Of a stretch of 64,000 nucleotides of DNA, positions 17,939 through 28,444 are shown piece by piece. The stretch lies in assembly GCA_037142615.1 (NCBI GenBank), contig JBAXAI010000005.1:64001-128000 (forward strand), in the 5' to 3' direction. The number at the start of each line of letters is the position of its first letter. The stretch's first letter is position 1. Origin of the DNA: Spirochaetales bacterium (GTDB lineage Bacteria; Spirochaetota; Spirochaetia; JABEVK01). Made by a program: the position numbers and the translations under genes. A model generated the notes under the pieces. The model had not been told where the DNA came from and searched no databases. It saw nothing but the letters and a program-made list of their open reading frames with translations.

Positions 17939-20386
17939 TCAGGGACGAACAACCCGAAAGCCGAAGTCGTTGCTCCGGGCGTACGGGTAGTAGTTGTTCC
18001 GGTAGGACACGGTCGCGCTGGACGCATTGTAGCCCCAACTGCCGCCGCGTAACACGCGGTTCGAGCCCGAGGCCGCTCCCGTCGGGTCGGTCTGCGCACC
18101 GCTGGGGTAGGTGCCGTACCAGTCGTAGCACCATTCCCAGACGTTGCCGCTCAGGTCGTAGATTCCCAGCTCGTTGGCGGTCTTGGTGCCCACAGTCTGG
18201 GTGCCGGTGCTGCTGTTCTCGTAGGTCCAGGCTACCGTGGTGGAAGTGCTGCTCCCCGCGTAGGTGTAGCCGTGGGTGCTGTTGCCGCCCCGGGCGGCGA
18301 ACTCCCACTCGGCCTCGGTGGGCAAGCGGTAGCCGTTGTTGGCCCGGTTCATGGTCACCGTGGCACTGGTGATGGGGTAGCCGCTCGCCGGGCTCCGGCT
18401 TGTGATGGTGTAAACGGGGGTCAGACCCTCACGCGTGCTGAGCTTGTTGCAGAACTCGACCGCGTCGAACCAGGTGACTTGTTCCACCGGCCGGCTGGTG
18501 TTGCCGGTGAAGCCACTCGGGCTGCTGGTGGTCACCGTGGTGTATTGGGCTTGCGTGATCTCGTAGGCGCTCATGTGGAAGGTGCTTACCGTGACGTTGC
18601 CGGTGCCGTTGCTGAAGGTGCCGCCGGCTACGGCTTTGAGGGTGCCGATGGTGGCCGAGGTGAGGTCCGCCAGTGGAGTACTAACCACCGTCACGCCCGC
18701 GCTCTTGTTGCCGGCGTTGTCCATACTCTTCACGGTGAACGTGTAGCTGGTGCCGTTGGAGAGGCCGGTAATCACTTGGCTGGTGGCCGTCTTGGCCTCG
18801 GTGATTGGCTGGGCCGGGCTGCCGCCGGTGGGCGTCCAGCTGACTTGCACCCCGGCGAAGTCGGCATCGGTGGGGTTGGTCCAGTTGAGCGTGACCTGCG
18901 TGTTGCCGGCGGTTGCGGTGAGGGCCGAGGCGTTGGCCGGGGGTGTGGTGTCGATGGCCGGAAGGCTGAGGATGGGGATGGCTCGTGAAATGAGGTACCT
19001 CGGTGCTCCACCGTCCAACTCGGCCGAGTAGGATCCGCTTCCGTGATACAGGCTTGATGCGACAGCATACTGGCTCGTGGGCCAATTTGATCCCAAGGTA
19101 CCGCTTTCGAAGTCCTCCGAAAAGAGGGTATTGCCAGCTGAAGAAACGACTACGTCATCGACAAAGTAGTTGTCGCAACTGCTACCTGAGTTCGAGGAGT
19201 TCGAGAACTGAAGGGCGAAGCCAGAGTGAAAAGCGTCCGGGTACACGGAAGAATCAAGGGTGTAGGCGTAGGTCGCACCGGTCTGGATGCTTCCATTGCC
19301 CTGAAGGACAAGTCCCAAGCTATGCCAGTTGGAGTCCGACCCCAAGTACAACAACTCGAGATCCTCACCTGAGTCGGGAGTCTCTGGCCCCCCCTGCGCC
19401 CAGAACGAAACCGTAAGGGTCCTGTTTGCCGCGACAAGGCTGACACCGGGGCTCTGATTACCCGCCGAGTCAACGCTTTTGACGGTGAAGGTGTAAGTGG
19501 TCCCCGAGGCAAGCCCAGTGATCACTTGGCTGGTGGCCGTCTTTGCCACGGTGATCGGCTGCGCAGGGTTGCCGCCGGTGGGAGTCCAGCTGATCAGCAC
19601 CCCGGCAAAGTCGGCATCCGTGGGGTTTGTCCAGTTCAAGGTGATCTGACGCGAGCCGCCAGTTGCGGTCACTTGGATTGGATCGGCCGGAGCGGTCGTG
19701 TCCGCGGGCGTAGCACTTGCTTCGGCGCTCAGCACCGAGGTGCCGCCAGCGTTCTTGGCCACCACGGCCACGTAGTACGCAGTGCCATCGGTGAGCCCGG
19801 TCAGGGTGTACGGGCTTGTCACGGGAGAGATTGTGGTGGACGCTGCCGTCACAGGCGAGGTAGCCGACCAGTACAGGTCGTAGCTAGTGGCCCCAGTGGC
19901 GGCGGTCCAGGTAACGGTGAGCGCCCCACCCGTGGCCACTACAGTGGCCCCAACACCCTTCGGAGCTTGCGGCGGCAGGGTCACCTTTTGGGCAGCCGTC
20001 CAGTCGGACCACTTGCCAGCCAGCTTGACGCGCGAGCGGTACCAGCGGTCGGCACCGTCGGAATTGGCCAGGTCAATCGCCAAGGTCGAGGTTGCCTGCG
20101 TCGCATCGGTTTCCAGGACGAAAAAACCACTGCCGACGGACACCTGAAAACCGTAGCTTTCGGCACCAATCACTTTGGTGGCTTTAAGGGTCAGCTTTCC
20201 CGTGGCAACCACCGGATCGACCAGCTTGAACTCGGCCGCCGTCGCGACGGTGGGCAGGCCTTCGTACACCGGGCTCAGGTCGTCGACAGGGTTGCTCATC
20301 GGCCCCCACATGTTGCTGCAACTTGTAGCCAGTAACGACAAAGTCGCCACAAGCAGAATTGCGGAGCCAGAGGTGCGAAGCTTCAT
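17939..20386 (-). CDS. Lipoprotein with FN3 repeats and a C-terminal FGE-sulfatase (CLec) domain; DGR-target-like
   Basis: Start ATG 20386; lipobox LATSC; two near-identical FN3 domains (TLNWTNPTDADFAGV); RLPTEAEWEFAARGG; DLSGNVWEWC; RVLRGGSW...GFRVVR. Confidence 0.9.
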   Translation of the reverse strand: MKLRTSGSAILLVATLSLLATSCSNMWGPMSNPVDDLSPVYEGLPTVATAAEFKLVDPVVATGKLTLKATKVIGAESYGFQVSVGSGFFVLETDATQATSTLAIDLANSDGADRWYRSRVKLAGKWSDWTAAQKVTLPPQAPKGVGATVVATGGALTVTWTAATGATSYDLYWSATSPVTAASTTISPVTSPYTLTGLTDGTAYYVAVVAKNAGGTSVLSAEASATPADTTAPADPIQVTATGGSRQITLNWTNPTDADFAGVLISWTPTGGNPAQPITVAKTATSQVITGLASGTTYTFTVKSVDSAGNQSPGVSLVAANRTLTVSFWAQGGPETPDSGEDLELLYLGSDSNWHSLGLVLQGNGSIQTGATYAYTLDSSVYPDAFHSGFALQFSNSSNSGSSCDNYFVDDVVVSSAGNTLFSEDFESGTLGSNWPTSQYAVASSLYHGSGSYSAELDGGAPRYLISRAIPILSLPAIDTTPPANASALTATAGNTQVTLNWTNPTDADFAGVQVSWTPTGGSPAQPITEAKTATSQVITGLSNGTSYTFTVKSMDNAGNKSAGVTVVSTPLADLTSATIGTLKAVAGGTFSNGTGNVTVSTFHMSAYEITQAQYTTVTTSSPSGFTGNTSRPVEQVTWFDAVEFCNKLSTREGLTPVYTITSRSPASGYPITSATVTMNRANNGYRLPTEAEWEFAARGGNSTHGYTYAGSSTSTTVAWTYENSSTGTQTVGTKTANELGIYDLSGNVWEWCYDWYGTYPSGAQTDPTGAASGSNRVLRGGSWGYNASSATVSYRNNYYPYARSNDFGFRVVRP

Positions 20387-22788
20387 TTCGACGCCTCGAG
20401 CTTGGTGACCAGAAGCCCCAGCGTGCGGATCCGCTGATCGGTGACGGGGTCGAGCGCAAGGTACCAGGTGACCGCTGTAGTGCCAAGCAAAGTGATCCCG
20501 GCCGCCAGCAACCCGTTGTACAAGCCTTGTTGCCCCTGCATCTGCACGTTGAGGCTGTGGGCGGTGGCCGTGTCGGGCGCGGCGAGGTATTGCAAGTAAG
20601 TGGCTGAGCCCGCAGTGTAAGCCCACGTGGCCCCGCTGACGCTGGCTAGGCCCAAGCCGCCGGTGATCCAACTGCTGATCCCCAAGTTGGTTTTGAGTTG
20701 GGCGCCTGCGACCAACTTCGCTTTGCGGTCGCGAGCCTGCTGAGTGATCGAGTCGGGCACGGCTTGCCGTAGATCGATCACAGGGGAAGTTCGCATCAAA
20801 CTGGCTGGAACCAACGAAACCAGACCGAAATCTTCTCCCCGGTACGTCGCCACGAGGCTTGGCGGGTTCTGCCGTGGAACCAGCGCCGTCAACCTCGAGG
20901 CACCGTTCGACAGCACCAGTTCGCTGGGCAGCTCAGGAAGCAGCAGGCGCACGTTGTCTTGCCCGAAGAGTGGACGTTCCGGATCAAGGAGTCCCACTTT
21001 TTGCGCCCAGCCTTGACTTTGGAAAGCGGCCGCGACCGAGCCAATTGACAATTCGAGGAGGCTGGCCCGAGTAGTCAAATTGCGCACGCCGTACCTGTTC
21101 ATCACAATCCGGTGCCAGCTCCCAGCTTGGTACTGCACGCGATACTCAAACCACGCCGAGAAGCTCTTGCTCTGGATGGCGGCCGCCAGCGAAGTGTAGT
21201 CGCGGGCCAGATTGCGCCCTGCCAGATTGACCGCGCCGCTGTCGCTCCACTCGAGGCCGGGAATCTTGCTGGTGATGGTCCACGGCCAGTCCTTGGTTTC
21301 GTCGTTGAACTCGCCCCACTTGAGTTCGACCTGCGAACCCTCTTCGCGCCACGTTTTGACCGCCAACTGCCCATTCAAGTCGGCACGCCGGGCCGAAACT
21401 TGCGCCAACTGAACGCGACGGGTGCCCTCGAGCCCCGTCAAGGCGCTCCGGACTTCCTGGTCGCGTTGGCTCTCGAAGCTGGTTTGCTCGATCAGCACCC
21501 GGGCGTTGAACTCACCCTTCGACTCCCACGGTTCCTTCTTGAGCAGGCTGAGCGTGCCAATCTGCACCTGCCACGTTTTGCCGATCTGGGCCCTCACGTC
21601 GGCGATGCTCTGGTCGAACTGCGCATTGATCGATCGTTCAAGGGGAACCAGGGCATCGAGCGCCGTCACCAAGGCGTCCGGGCTGTCCTGAGCCCCGCTC
21701 TTTTGCAGGTCTTCCAGCTCGCGGCGCATGGCGTCGGCTTTGGCACCCATGGCCGTCTGTTGCTTGAGCGCGTCTTGGGCCGAGGCCTCGCGGGCGGCCT
21801 GCAACCGCTGGGCCTGCAGCACGGCCAACTGCCGGTTCTGTTCCTCTTTCACCAGGTTCTCGGCGATCAGCTGTTTTTGGGCCAGCAGGGCTTCTTGCGC
21901 CTGCAGTTCGAGCTCCTTGGTCTTGCGCTCGGTGTCGTTTTTCACGCTGGCCAAGGTCGCGCGGGCTTTGTCGAGCTGGGCGGCCAGCAGGTCAGCTTCG
22001 GCATTGGCAGCGTCGGCAGCGGCTTTGGCCTTGCTGGCGGCGGTGGCCACGTCGTTGAGCACAAACGCCCGGGTCAGCCCGTCATCGACCCTGGGGCGCT
22101 GCACCCCGTTCGAAATGCGCACCACGTCGGCCTTCACCAAGGTCATCGCCTCGGTGATGGGCACGCCGTCCTGCGCCAGGTTCTTGAGCAGCGCCTGGGT
22201 GAACACGCCGTTGCGGCCATCGCCGTCGCTGGCCGTCTCGCCGGGGGCAGTCGCGTAGGCGATGAGAGTTTCCATGTCTTTGGGAGGAGCGACCGTGGCC
22301 AAACCGCGCGTAGCCGAACGGCTGGCCCCAGTGAAGGGGTTGTCGCGGCAGGCGTCGAGGAACAGCAGACAGGTTCCTGCTCCTGCGGTCTTGAACGAGT
22401 CGAGCACCTCGGCAACGCTCACCGACTTGCTCCGGATCTGCGGCTCGCTGGTGATGGCCTCTTTGACGGGAATCAGGTAGTTCTCGTTGGCCACCTGCAC
22501 GGCGTGCCCGGCGTAGAAAAACACCACCGTGTCGCCCCGGGCAACCTTCTTGCTGAAGCTCTGAAGTCCCGCCTCGAAGCCGGCGTAGTCTTGGTCGTGC
22601 AGCTCGGTGACCTTGAAGCCGTTGCCCGCCAGCAGCTTGCCCATGTCGGCCGCATCGTTGGCCGGATTGACCAGCGTCGTGATGCTCCCGCCATACACCG
22701 AGTTGCCCACCACCAGGGCCAACCGGGCTTCGGCAACGGCCCCAAACGACACAAACACCACCACCACAACCGCAAGAACACCACGCAT
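20383..22788 (-). CDS. Secreted/membrane-anchored caspase-family (peptidase C14) protein with a coiled coil
   Basis: Signal peptide; RLALVVGNSVY; LVNPANDA; FFYAGHA (His) and LDACRDNP (Cys); two C-terminal hydrophobic helices; ATGA coupling to the FGE lipoprotein. Confidence 0.9.
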   Translation of the reverse strand: MRGVLAVVVVVFVSFGAVAEARLALVVGNSVYGGSITTLVNPANDAADMGKLLAGNGFKVTELHDQDYAGFEAGLQSFSKKVARGDTVVFFYAGHAVQVANENYLIPVKEAITSEPQIRSKSVSVAEVLDSFKTAGAGTCLLFLDACRDNPFTGASRSATRGLATVAPPKDMETLIAYATAPGETASDGDGRNGVFTQALLKNLAQDGVPITEAMTLVKADVVRISNGVQRPRVDDGLTRAFVLNDVATAASKAKAAADAANAEADLLAAQLDKARATLASVKNDTERKTKELELQAQEALLAQKQLIAENLVKEEQNRQLAVLQAQRLQAAREASAQDALKQQTAMGAKADAMRRELEDLQKSGAQDSPDALVTALDALVPLERSINAQFDQSIADVRAQIGKTWQVQIGTLSLLKKEPWESKGEFNARVLIEQTSFESQRDQEVRSALTGLEGTRRVQLAQVSARRADLNGQLAVKTWREEGSQVELKWGEFNDETKDWPWTITSKIPGLEWSDSGAVNLAGRNLARDYTSLAAAIQSKSFSAWFEYRVQYQAGSWHRIVMNRYGVRNLTTRASLLELSIGSVAAAFQSQGWAQKVGLLDPERPLFGQDNVRLLLPELPSELVLSNGASRLTALVPRQNPPSLVATYRGEDFGLVSLVPASLMRTSPVIDLRQAVPDSITQQARDRKAKLVAGAQLKTNLGISSWITGGLGLASVSGATWAYTAGSATYLQYLAAPDTATAHSLNVQMQGQQGLYNGLLAAGITLLGTTAVTWYLALDPVTDQRIRTLGLLVTKLEASK

Positions 22789-22854
22789 CAACGGCCTCCA
22801 CCCAAGTCCATAGGTAGAAACCTTCTACCCCGAAATGGATCGGAAGTCTACTGA

Positions 22855-22877
22855 CCACGAAGTAGCCACCTTCGTGG
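22855..22877 (-). terminator. Hairpin downstream of the second intact rpn
   Basis: CCACGAAG-7nt-CTTCGTGG, 12 bp after the stop codon. Confidence 0.45.
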
Positions 22878-22889
22878 GCGCGGGTTAGG

Positions 22890-23903
<1,014 letters not shown>

Positions 23904-23993
23904 GGCACACTCCTACCCTGCTTAACAGGGAATAGGTGCGTTCTGCTTGCGCCAGAGGCTTGGGGAGGGCGGTTTTCTTCCGATAATCAGCCT

Positions 23994-24554
23994 ATGAAGA
24001 AATGTGTCACTCTGTTGTCCGTCTGCTCCCTCGTTCTGGTTCTCGCCCCTCTCACCGCCCAAGCCCTCAACATGGGCGTCGGCTCCAATTTTCTGGGCTA
24101 CCAAAAGGCCAACCTCGAAGTGGGGCTTGGACTGAACAGCGAGCTGAGTCCCAACGATCTCGAGCTGGAGCTCGGGGCCGCCGTGGCCATCGACCTCGAC
24201 CGAAGTTCGGGCACCTTGGTACCGAAGTTTCTGGTGCCCGCCCACTTGGGTTTCAACTTTCTGTACCCGCTCAGTGAGGCAAAGAGCGCCAAACCGGCAA
24301 CCCTGTACGGCTTCACCTACTTTTTCGGGCTGGGTGCCGCGCCGCAGGTGAGCTTTGGGCTGAACTTCAGCGACCCGCAGTACTACGGCGGGCCGTACTT
24401 TCAGACGGGCTTCCGGTTCAAGGCACACAACTACATGACGATTCAGGTGCAGGCCGAGCAGGAACTTCTGTTTGGCGGACCAGACTGGATCAGCACCAAC
24501 ACCCGGGCAGGCGTGAGCATTTTGCTCAGTTGGCCGCCGGTCCCCAAAAAGTAG
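23994..24554 (+). CDS. Hypothetical exported protein (outer-membrane beta-barrel-like)
   Basis: Signal peptide ending AQA; alternating hydrophobic strands. Confidence 0.6.
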   Translation: MKKCVTLLSVCSLVLVLAPLTAQALNMGVGSNFLGYQKANLEVGLGLNSELSPNDLELELGAAVAIDLDRSSGTLVPKFLVPAHLGFNFLYPLSEAKSAKPATLYGFTYFFGLGAAPQVSFGLNFSDPQYYGGPYFQTGFRFKAHNYMTIQVQAEQELLFGGPDWISTNTRAGVSILLSWPPVPKK

Positions 24555-25100
24555 TCACCACTCGGCGACGAACTCCTCGCGGAGCACTCCCCAGTACACG
24601 AGGTCGAGCGGCACATCCCACTTGGTGATGTGCTGACGCAGTACCCCTTCGCGTTGCATGCCAAGCTTGGCCATCACGCGGCCCGAGGCCGGATTGCTGT
24701 CAAAGTGGGCTGCGAAAATGCGTCGTAGCGGGAGTTTGGCAAAGCCTTCGGCCATCAGCGCGCGCGAGGCCTCGGTCATGAAGCCGTGGCCCCAGTGAAG
24801 AAACCCCAGCCAGTAGCCGAGCTCGGCCACCTGGTGCTGAACGTTGACCACCAGGCCGCAGGCGCCCATCAGGTCGCCGGTCACGCGGTCGCAAACGGCG
24901 TACACAAACTGCTTCCCCGCGGCACGGTCGCCCTCGTGCGTAGCAATCCAGGTTTCGGCCATGCCTTCCTCGTACGGGTATGGCACGTGCAGGGTGGTTC
25001 GCGCCACGGTGATGTGCCCGGCCAAGTCACGCACACGGGGCGCATCCGTGGGCGCAAAATGCCGCAGCGTGAGCCGCTCCGTGGTCAGAACCTCGTTCAC
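24555..25100 (-). CDS. GNAT acetyltransferase, RimJ/RimL family
   Basis: LTTERLTLR; AELGYWLG..HWGHGFMTEA; NPASGRVMAKLGM; GTGA overlap with the lepB stop. Confidence 0.9.
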   Translation of the reverse strand: MNEVLTTERLTLRHFAPTDAPRVRDLAGHITVARTTLHVPYPYEEGMAETWIATHEGDRAAGKQFVYAVCDRVTGDLMGACGLVVNVQHQVAELGYWLGFLHWGHGFMTEASRALMAEGFAKLPLRRIFAAHFDSNPASGRVMAKLGMQREGVLRQHITKWDVPLDLVYWGVLREEFVAEW

Positions 25101-26719
25101 GGCTTCACTTGACCAAAACGATCCAGCGGCCAAATGCGGAACGCCAGATGCCCGATGATACGCTCGCGGTCCAACAGGCGTGGGGCCAGCATCGACTGGT
25201 ACACGGTCGAAGTCGGGTCGGTCGCGTCGAGGGCCCGGCTCTTGAAGGTGCTCAGCGCGTCGAAGCGGAAGTCGAGCGAGTTGTAGCGGTTGTCACCCAT
25301 CAGGAAGTACTTGTCGGCAGGAATGTAGTTGCCCTCACCGGCCGGATACTCGGGAAAGTTGCGCATGTCGAAGAAGCTCACCAGGTAGGCTTCCCACTGT
25401 TTGGCTTGGTTCAGTAGCGCGGTGAACTCGGCGGGTTTGTTGTCGAGCAGCGCGAGGTAGCGCTGGGCCAACAGTTGCTTGTGCAGCAGGTTGACCACCC
25501 GGGTGGCTTTTTCGTAAGGATTGGCCGCTGCGGGCAGGGTGGCAGGGGCCTCGAGGGAGGCCAACAGGCTGGCGGCGGTCGTGCCCACGGGCTGGGGCGG
25601 CAAACCGCTGTTCACCACGTTGTTCAGGCTCTCGACGGTGGCCACGCCGGGTTTGGCCAGCGCGACCTTGAGGCGGGCCACGTCGGAGGCCAGCGACACT
25701 CGCAGCGCTTCGGGGTCGGCGGCCTTGCGCTGCTCGTCGAGCTTGGTCAGCAGGTCGCGGCCACCTTGCTGGAGCGGGAACGTCGAGATTCGCTTGAGCA
25801 GGTTGTAGTCTTCTTTATAGAGGTCGGTGTGGCGGAAGGTGGCGTCGATTTCGACCGGCCTCCACGTGGGCGAGGCGGCCGTTTTGCTGTACAGCTGGTC
25901 GTCGACCATCAGGAGCTTCTCGCCCGGTACGCCGGTGACACGCTTGACCACGAACTGCACCTTGGGGTTTCCCGCCGAGTCGACATCGAGGTTGACGGTC
26001 GACAGCGTGAGGAAGAACACGAGCTTCTGAATCATCTGCGTCACCACAGGCGGCTCGTCGTAAACCGGGGTTTCGAACACGACGATCTGCCCGCGCGTCA
26101 CACCGGTCAGCACCGGAATCTTGTGCTTGCTCATGGGGATCTCGGGCCCATCGAGGGTCTTGACCACAAACGGCCGGTCGTCCTTGAGCAGGGTCGGCAC
26201 CATGGATTCGCTGGGGATCACGTACAACTGGAACAGCAGTTGCTGGAGCACGATGACGAGGAAAACGGTCTGCGCCACGATATCGACGTTTTCGAGAACC
26301 GAAGCGCCGAGGGTCTTTTTGGCCTTTTTGTCGGGCGGGGCGTAGCCGTAGTGACGCTCGGTGGTCTTGAAGCGCAGGCTCAGCCACAGCAGCCAGCCCA
26401 CAATGCCTTGAACGGAGCTCAGCAGCCACAGCACCTCGCTGTCCCACTCCAGCGACGCGATGTTGACCAAACAGTAGCCTACGACAACGCCGTAGCCCAC
26501 GAACTTGCGGAAGGCCGGAAACAGGTCGTAACGCTCTTTTTGAAAGAACTCGCGGGCGAACCAGAAGGCACCCAGCCCCAATACCAGGTTGGTCACAAAA
26601 TTGGTAGCCCAGAACCCATCGAAGCCGATGAAGAGCCCCACCAGCGGAGCCGGCACGCAGGTGGCGAGCCAAACCCAAGTCAGGATGCGGGCAGCGGTGG
26701 AAAGTGGGTGCTTTTGCAT
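25097..26719 (-). CDS. lepB: Signal peptidase I with extended N-terminal TM region and a large insertion
   Basis: IPSESMVPTL (Ser); VVKRVTGVPG (Lys); FLMGDNRYNSLDFR. Confidence 0.9.
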   Translation of the reverse strand: MQKHPLSTAARILTWVWLATCVPAPLVGLFIGFDGFWATNFVTNLVLGLGAFWFAREFFQKERYDLFPAFRKFVGYGVVVGYCLVNIASLEWDSEVLWLLSSVQGIVGWLLWLSLRFKTTERHYGYAPPDKKAKKTLGASVLENVDIVAQTVFLVIVLQQLLFQLYVIPSESMVPTLLKDDRPFVVKTLDGPEIPMSKHKIPVLTGVTRGQIVVFETPVYDEPPVVTQMIQKLVFFLTLSTVNLDVDSAGNPKVQFVVKRVTGVPGEKLLMVDDQLYSKTAASPTWRPVEIDATFRHTDLYKEDYNLLKRISTFPLQQGGRDLLTKLDEQRKAADPEALRVSLASDVARLKVALAKPGVATVESLNNVVNSGLPPQPVGTTAASLLASLEAPATLPAAANPYEKATRVVNLLHKQLLAQRYLALLDNKPAEFTALLNQAKQWEAYLVSFFDMRNFPEYPAGEGNYIPADKYFLMGDNRYNSLDFRFDALSTFKSRALDATDPTSTVYQSMLAPRLLDRERIIGHLAFRIWPLDRFGQVKP

Positions 26720-26786
26720 GGATAAGGAATATACCACATTTCCTTTTGGCGGGAAAATCCTGTAGGATGGTGCCGAGGAGCCTTCC

Positions 26787-28442
26787 ATGTCGCTGACCGA
26801 GATCATCGTGACCGGACACAGAAACCCCGATACCGATGCCGCCTGCTCTGCTGTTTGCTACGCCCATTTCAAAAACAAGTCGGACCCCCACAACACGTAC
26901 AAGGGTGTGGTTTGCGGCGCGCTCAACCCTCAAACCCGCTTCGTTTTCGAAAAAGCCGGTCTCCCGCAGCCCGAACTGCTCAAAGATGTGCATCCGCGCG
27001 TCATCGACATTGTGAACAACGACGGCCTGACCCTCGACGAGCACGAACCCATCTTCGAGGCCATCCGCGAAATCGACGAGAACACCGTGAGCGTCATCCC
27101 GGTGTTCGGTTCCGAGCACAACTTTTTGGGCATCATTGGCATTCACGAGGTGGCCTCGTACTTCATCAAGACCAACAAGCGCAACAAAAAGCAGAGCTAC
27201 ACCTTCCACACCGGCAACCTGCCGAAGGTGATGCCCGGCAAGTTCCTCGTTAGGTCCAAAGCCCAGGAGATTCACGCTCCCATCATGATCGGGAGCCAGG
27301 ACTACGAAAAAACCATTGGCCGCATGGACTCGATCACCGAAGAAAAGCCTGTCTTGGTGGTCGGCGATCGCAAGCGCATCATCGCCCACGCGGTGCGCAA
27401 CGACTTCCCGCTCATCGTGATCACCAATGTGCACAAGGGTGACGAACTCACGATTGAGGCCGATCTAAAGGACTTCAAGGGAACAATTTACCTGTCAGAG
27501 AGCGACACCACCGACACCATTCGCCTGCTGTGGCTCAGTGCCCCCGTGAAGCACATCATGAACACCAAGCCCCTGGTGCTTCAGCACGACCAGGAGTTCG
27601 ACGACGCCAAGAAGACCCTGCTCGGGAGCGACCTGCGAGGTCTGCCTGTGCTCAAGGATGGGCACTTTGCGGGCATCGTGACGCGCCGCAGTTTCATCGA
27701 AAAGCCCCGCCGCAAAATCATCATGATCGACCACAACGAGTCGGACCAAAGCATCGCCGGAGCGCACGAGGCCGACGTACGCGAAATCCTCGACCACCAC
27801 CGGCTGGCCCCCGAAAAAACCAACGCTCCTATTTATGTCTTTTCGAAGCCAGTGGGGAGCAGTTGCACCATCGTGTACATGCACTTCAAAATGCACAGCC
27901 TCGAGATTGAACGGCCCTACGCCATCCTGATGTTGTCGGGCATGATGAGCGACACGCTGTTCCTCCGGTCGCCGACGACCACGCCCGACGACAAGGCGGC
28001 CGCCCAGGACCTCGCTCGCTTGGGCGGGGTTGATCTGGCCGAGTTCGAAAAGGAAATCCTCGGCAAGATGACCACGCTCGAGAACCTCGATCCGCACAAG
28101 ACGGTGTCGGGCGACTTCAAGATCTACCAGGATTTCGGCCTTCGCACCGGCATTGCCCAGGTCGAAACGGTGAGCCTCGACGGCGTCGACGCGGTGCTGC
28201 ACAAGTACCAGGCTGCGCTGGGCATGGTCAAAAAAGAAAACGGCCTCGACTGGGCGATGTTGTTGGTCACCGATGTGGTGAACGAAGACAGCGTGCTCAT
28301 CATGACGCCGTTCGAAAAGGGTGAACACGAACTGGCCTATCACAAGCGTGCCGACTGCCTGTACCACCTGCCCGGCGTGCTGTCGCGCAAGAAGCAACTT
28401 CTGCCCGAGATCCTGCGGGTGATGGAACTGGCAAGGGGCTGA
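26787..28442 (+). CDS. ppaC: Family II Mn-dependent inorganic pyrophosphatase with CBS/DRTGG insert
   Basis: GHRNPDTD; IDHNE; LDHH; SDTLFLRSPTTT; GVLSRKKQ. Confidence 0.9.
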   Translation: MSLTEIIVTGHRNPDTDAACSAVCYAHFKNKSDPHNTYKGVVCGALNPQTRFVFEKAGLPQPELLKDVHPRVIDIVNNDGLTLDEHEPIFEAIREIDENTVSVIPVFGSEHNFLGIIGIHEVASYFIKTNKRNKKQSYTFHTGNLPKVMPGKFLVRSKAQEIHAPIMIGSQDYEKTIGRMDSITEEKPVLVVGDRKRIIAHAVRNDFPLIVITNVHKGDELTIEADLKDFKGTIYLSESDTTDTIRLLWLSAPVKHIMNTKPLVLQHDQEFDDAKKTLLGSDLRGLPVLKDGHFAGIVTRRSFIEKPRRKIIMIDHNESDQSIAGAHEADVREILDHHRLAPEKTNAPIYVFSKPVGSSCTIVYMHFKMHSLEIERPYAILMLSGMMSDTLFLRSPTTTPDDKAAAQDLARLGGVDLAEFEKEILGKMTTLENLDPHKTVSGDFKIYQDFGLRTGIAQVETVSLDGVDAVLHKYQAALGMVKKENGLDWAMLLVTDVVNEDSVLIMTPFEKGEHELAYHKRADCLYHLPGVLSRKKQLLPEILRVMELARG

Positions 28443-28444
28443 CC

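Noticed and set aside
18417-18430. EGLTP motif copy as stand-alone proof of repeat insertion
   Set aside because: EGLTPVY is a common peptide in FGE-type domains, so this copy is weaker evidence than the others
17380-20386. Complete DGR cassette
   Set aside because: No reverse transcriptase, Avd or template repeat in the window; only a target-like gene is supported
20387-20671. N-terminal extensions in the ORF track (e.g. 20671, 5515, 9133, 22959, 60330, 62781 starts)
   Set aside because: They overlap neighbouring genes; RBS, signal-peptide and coupling evidence supports the downstream starts used here
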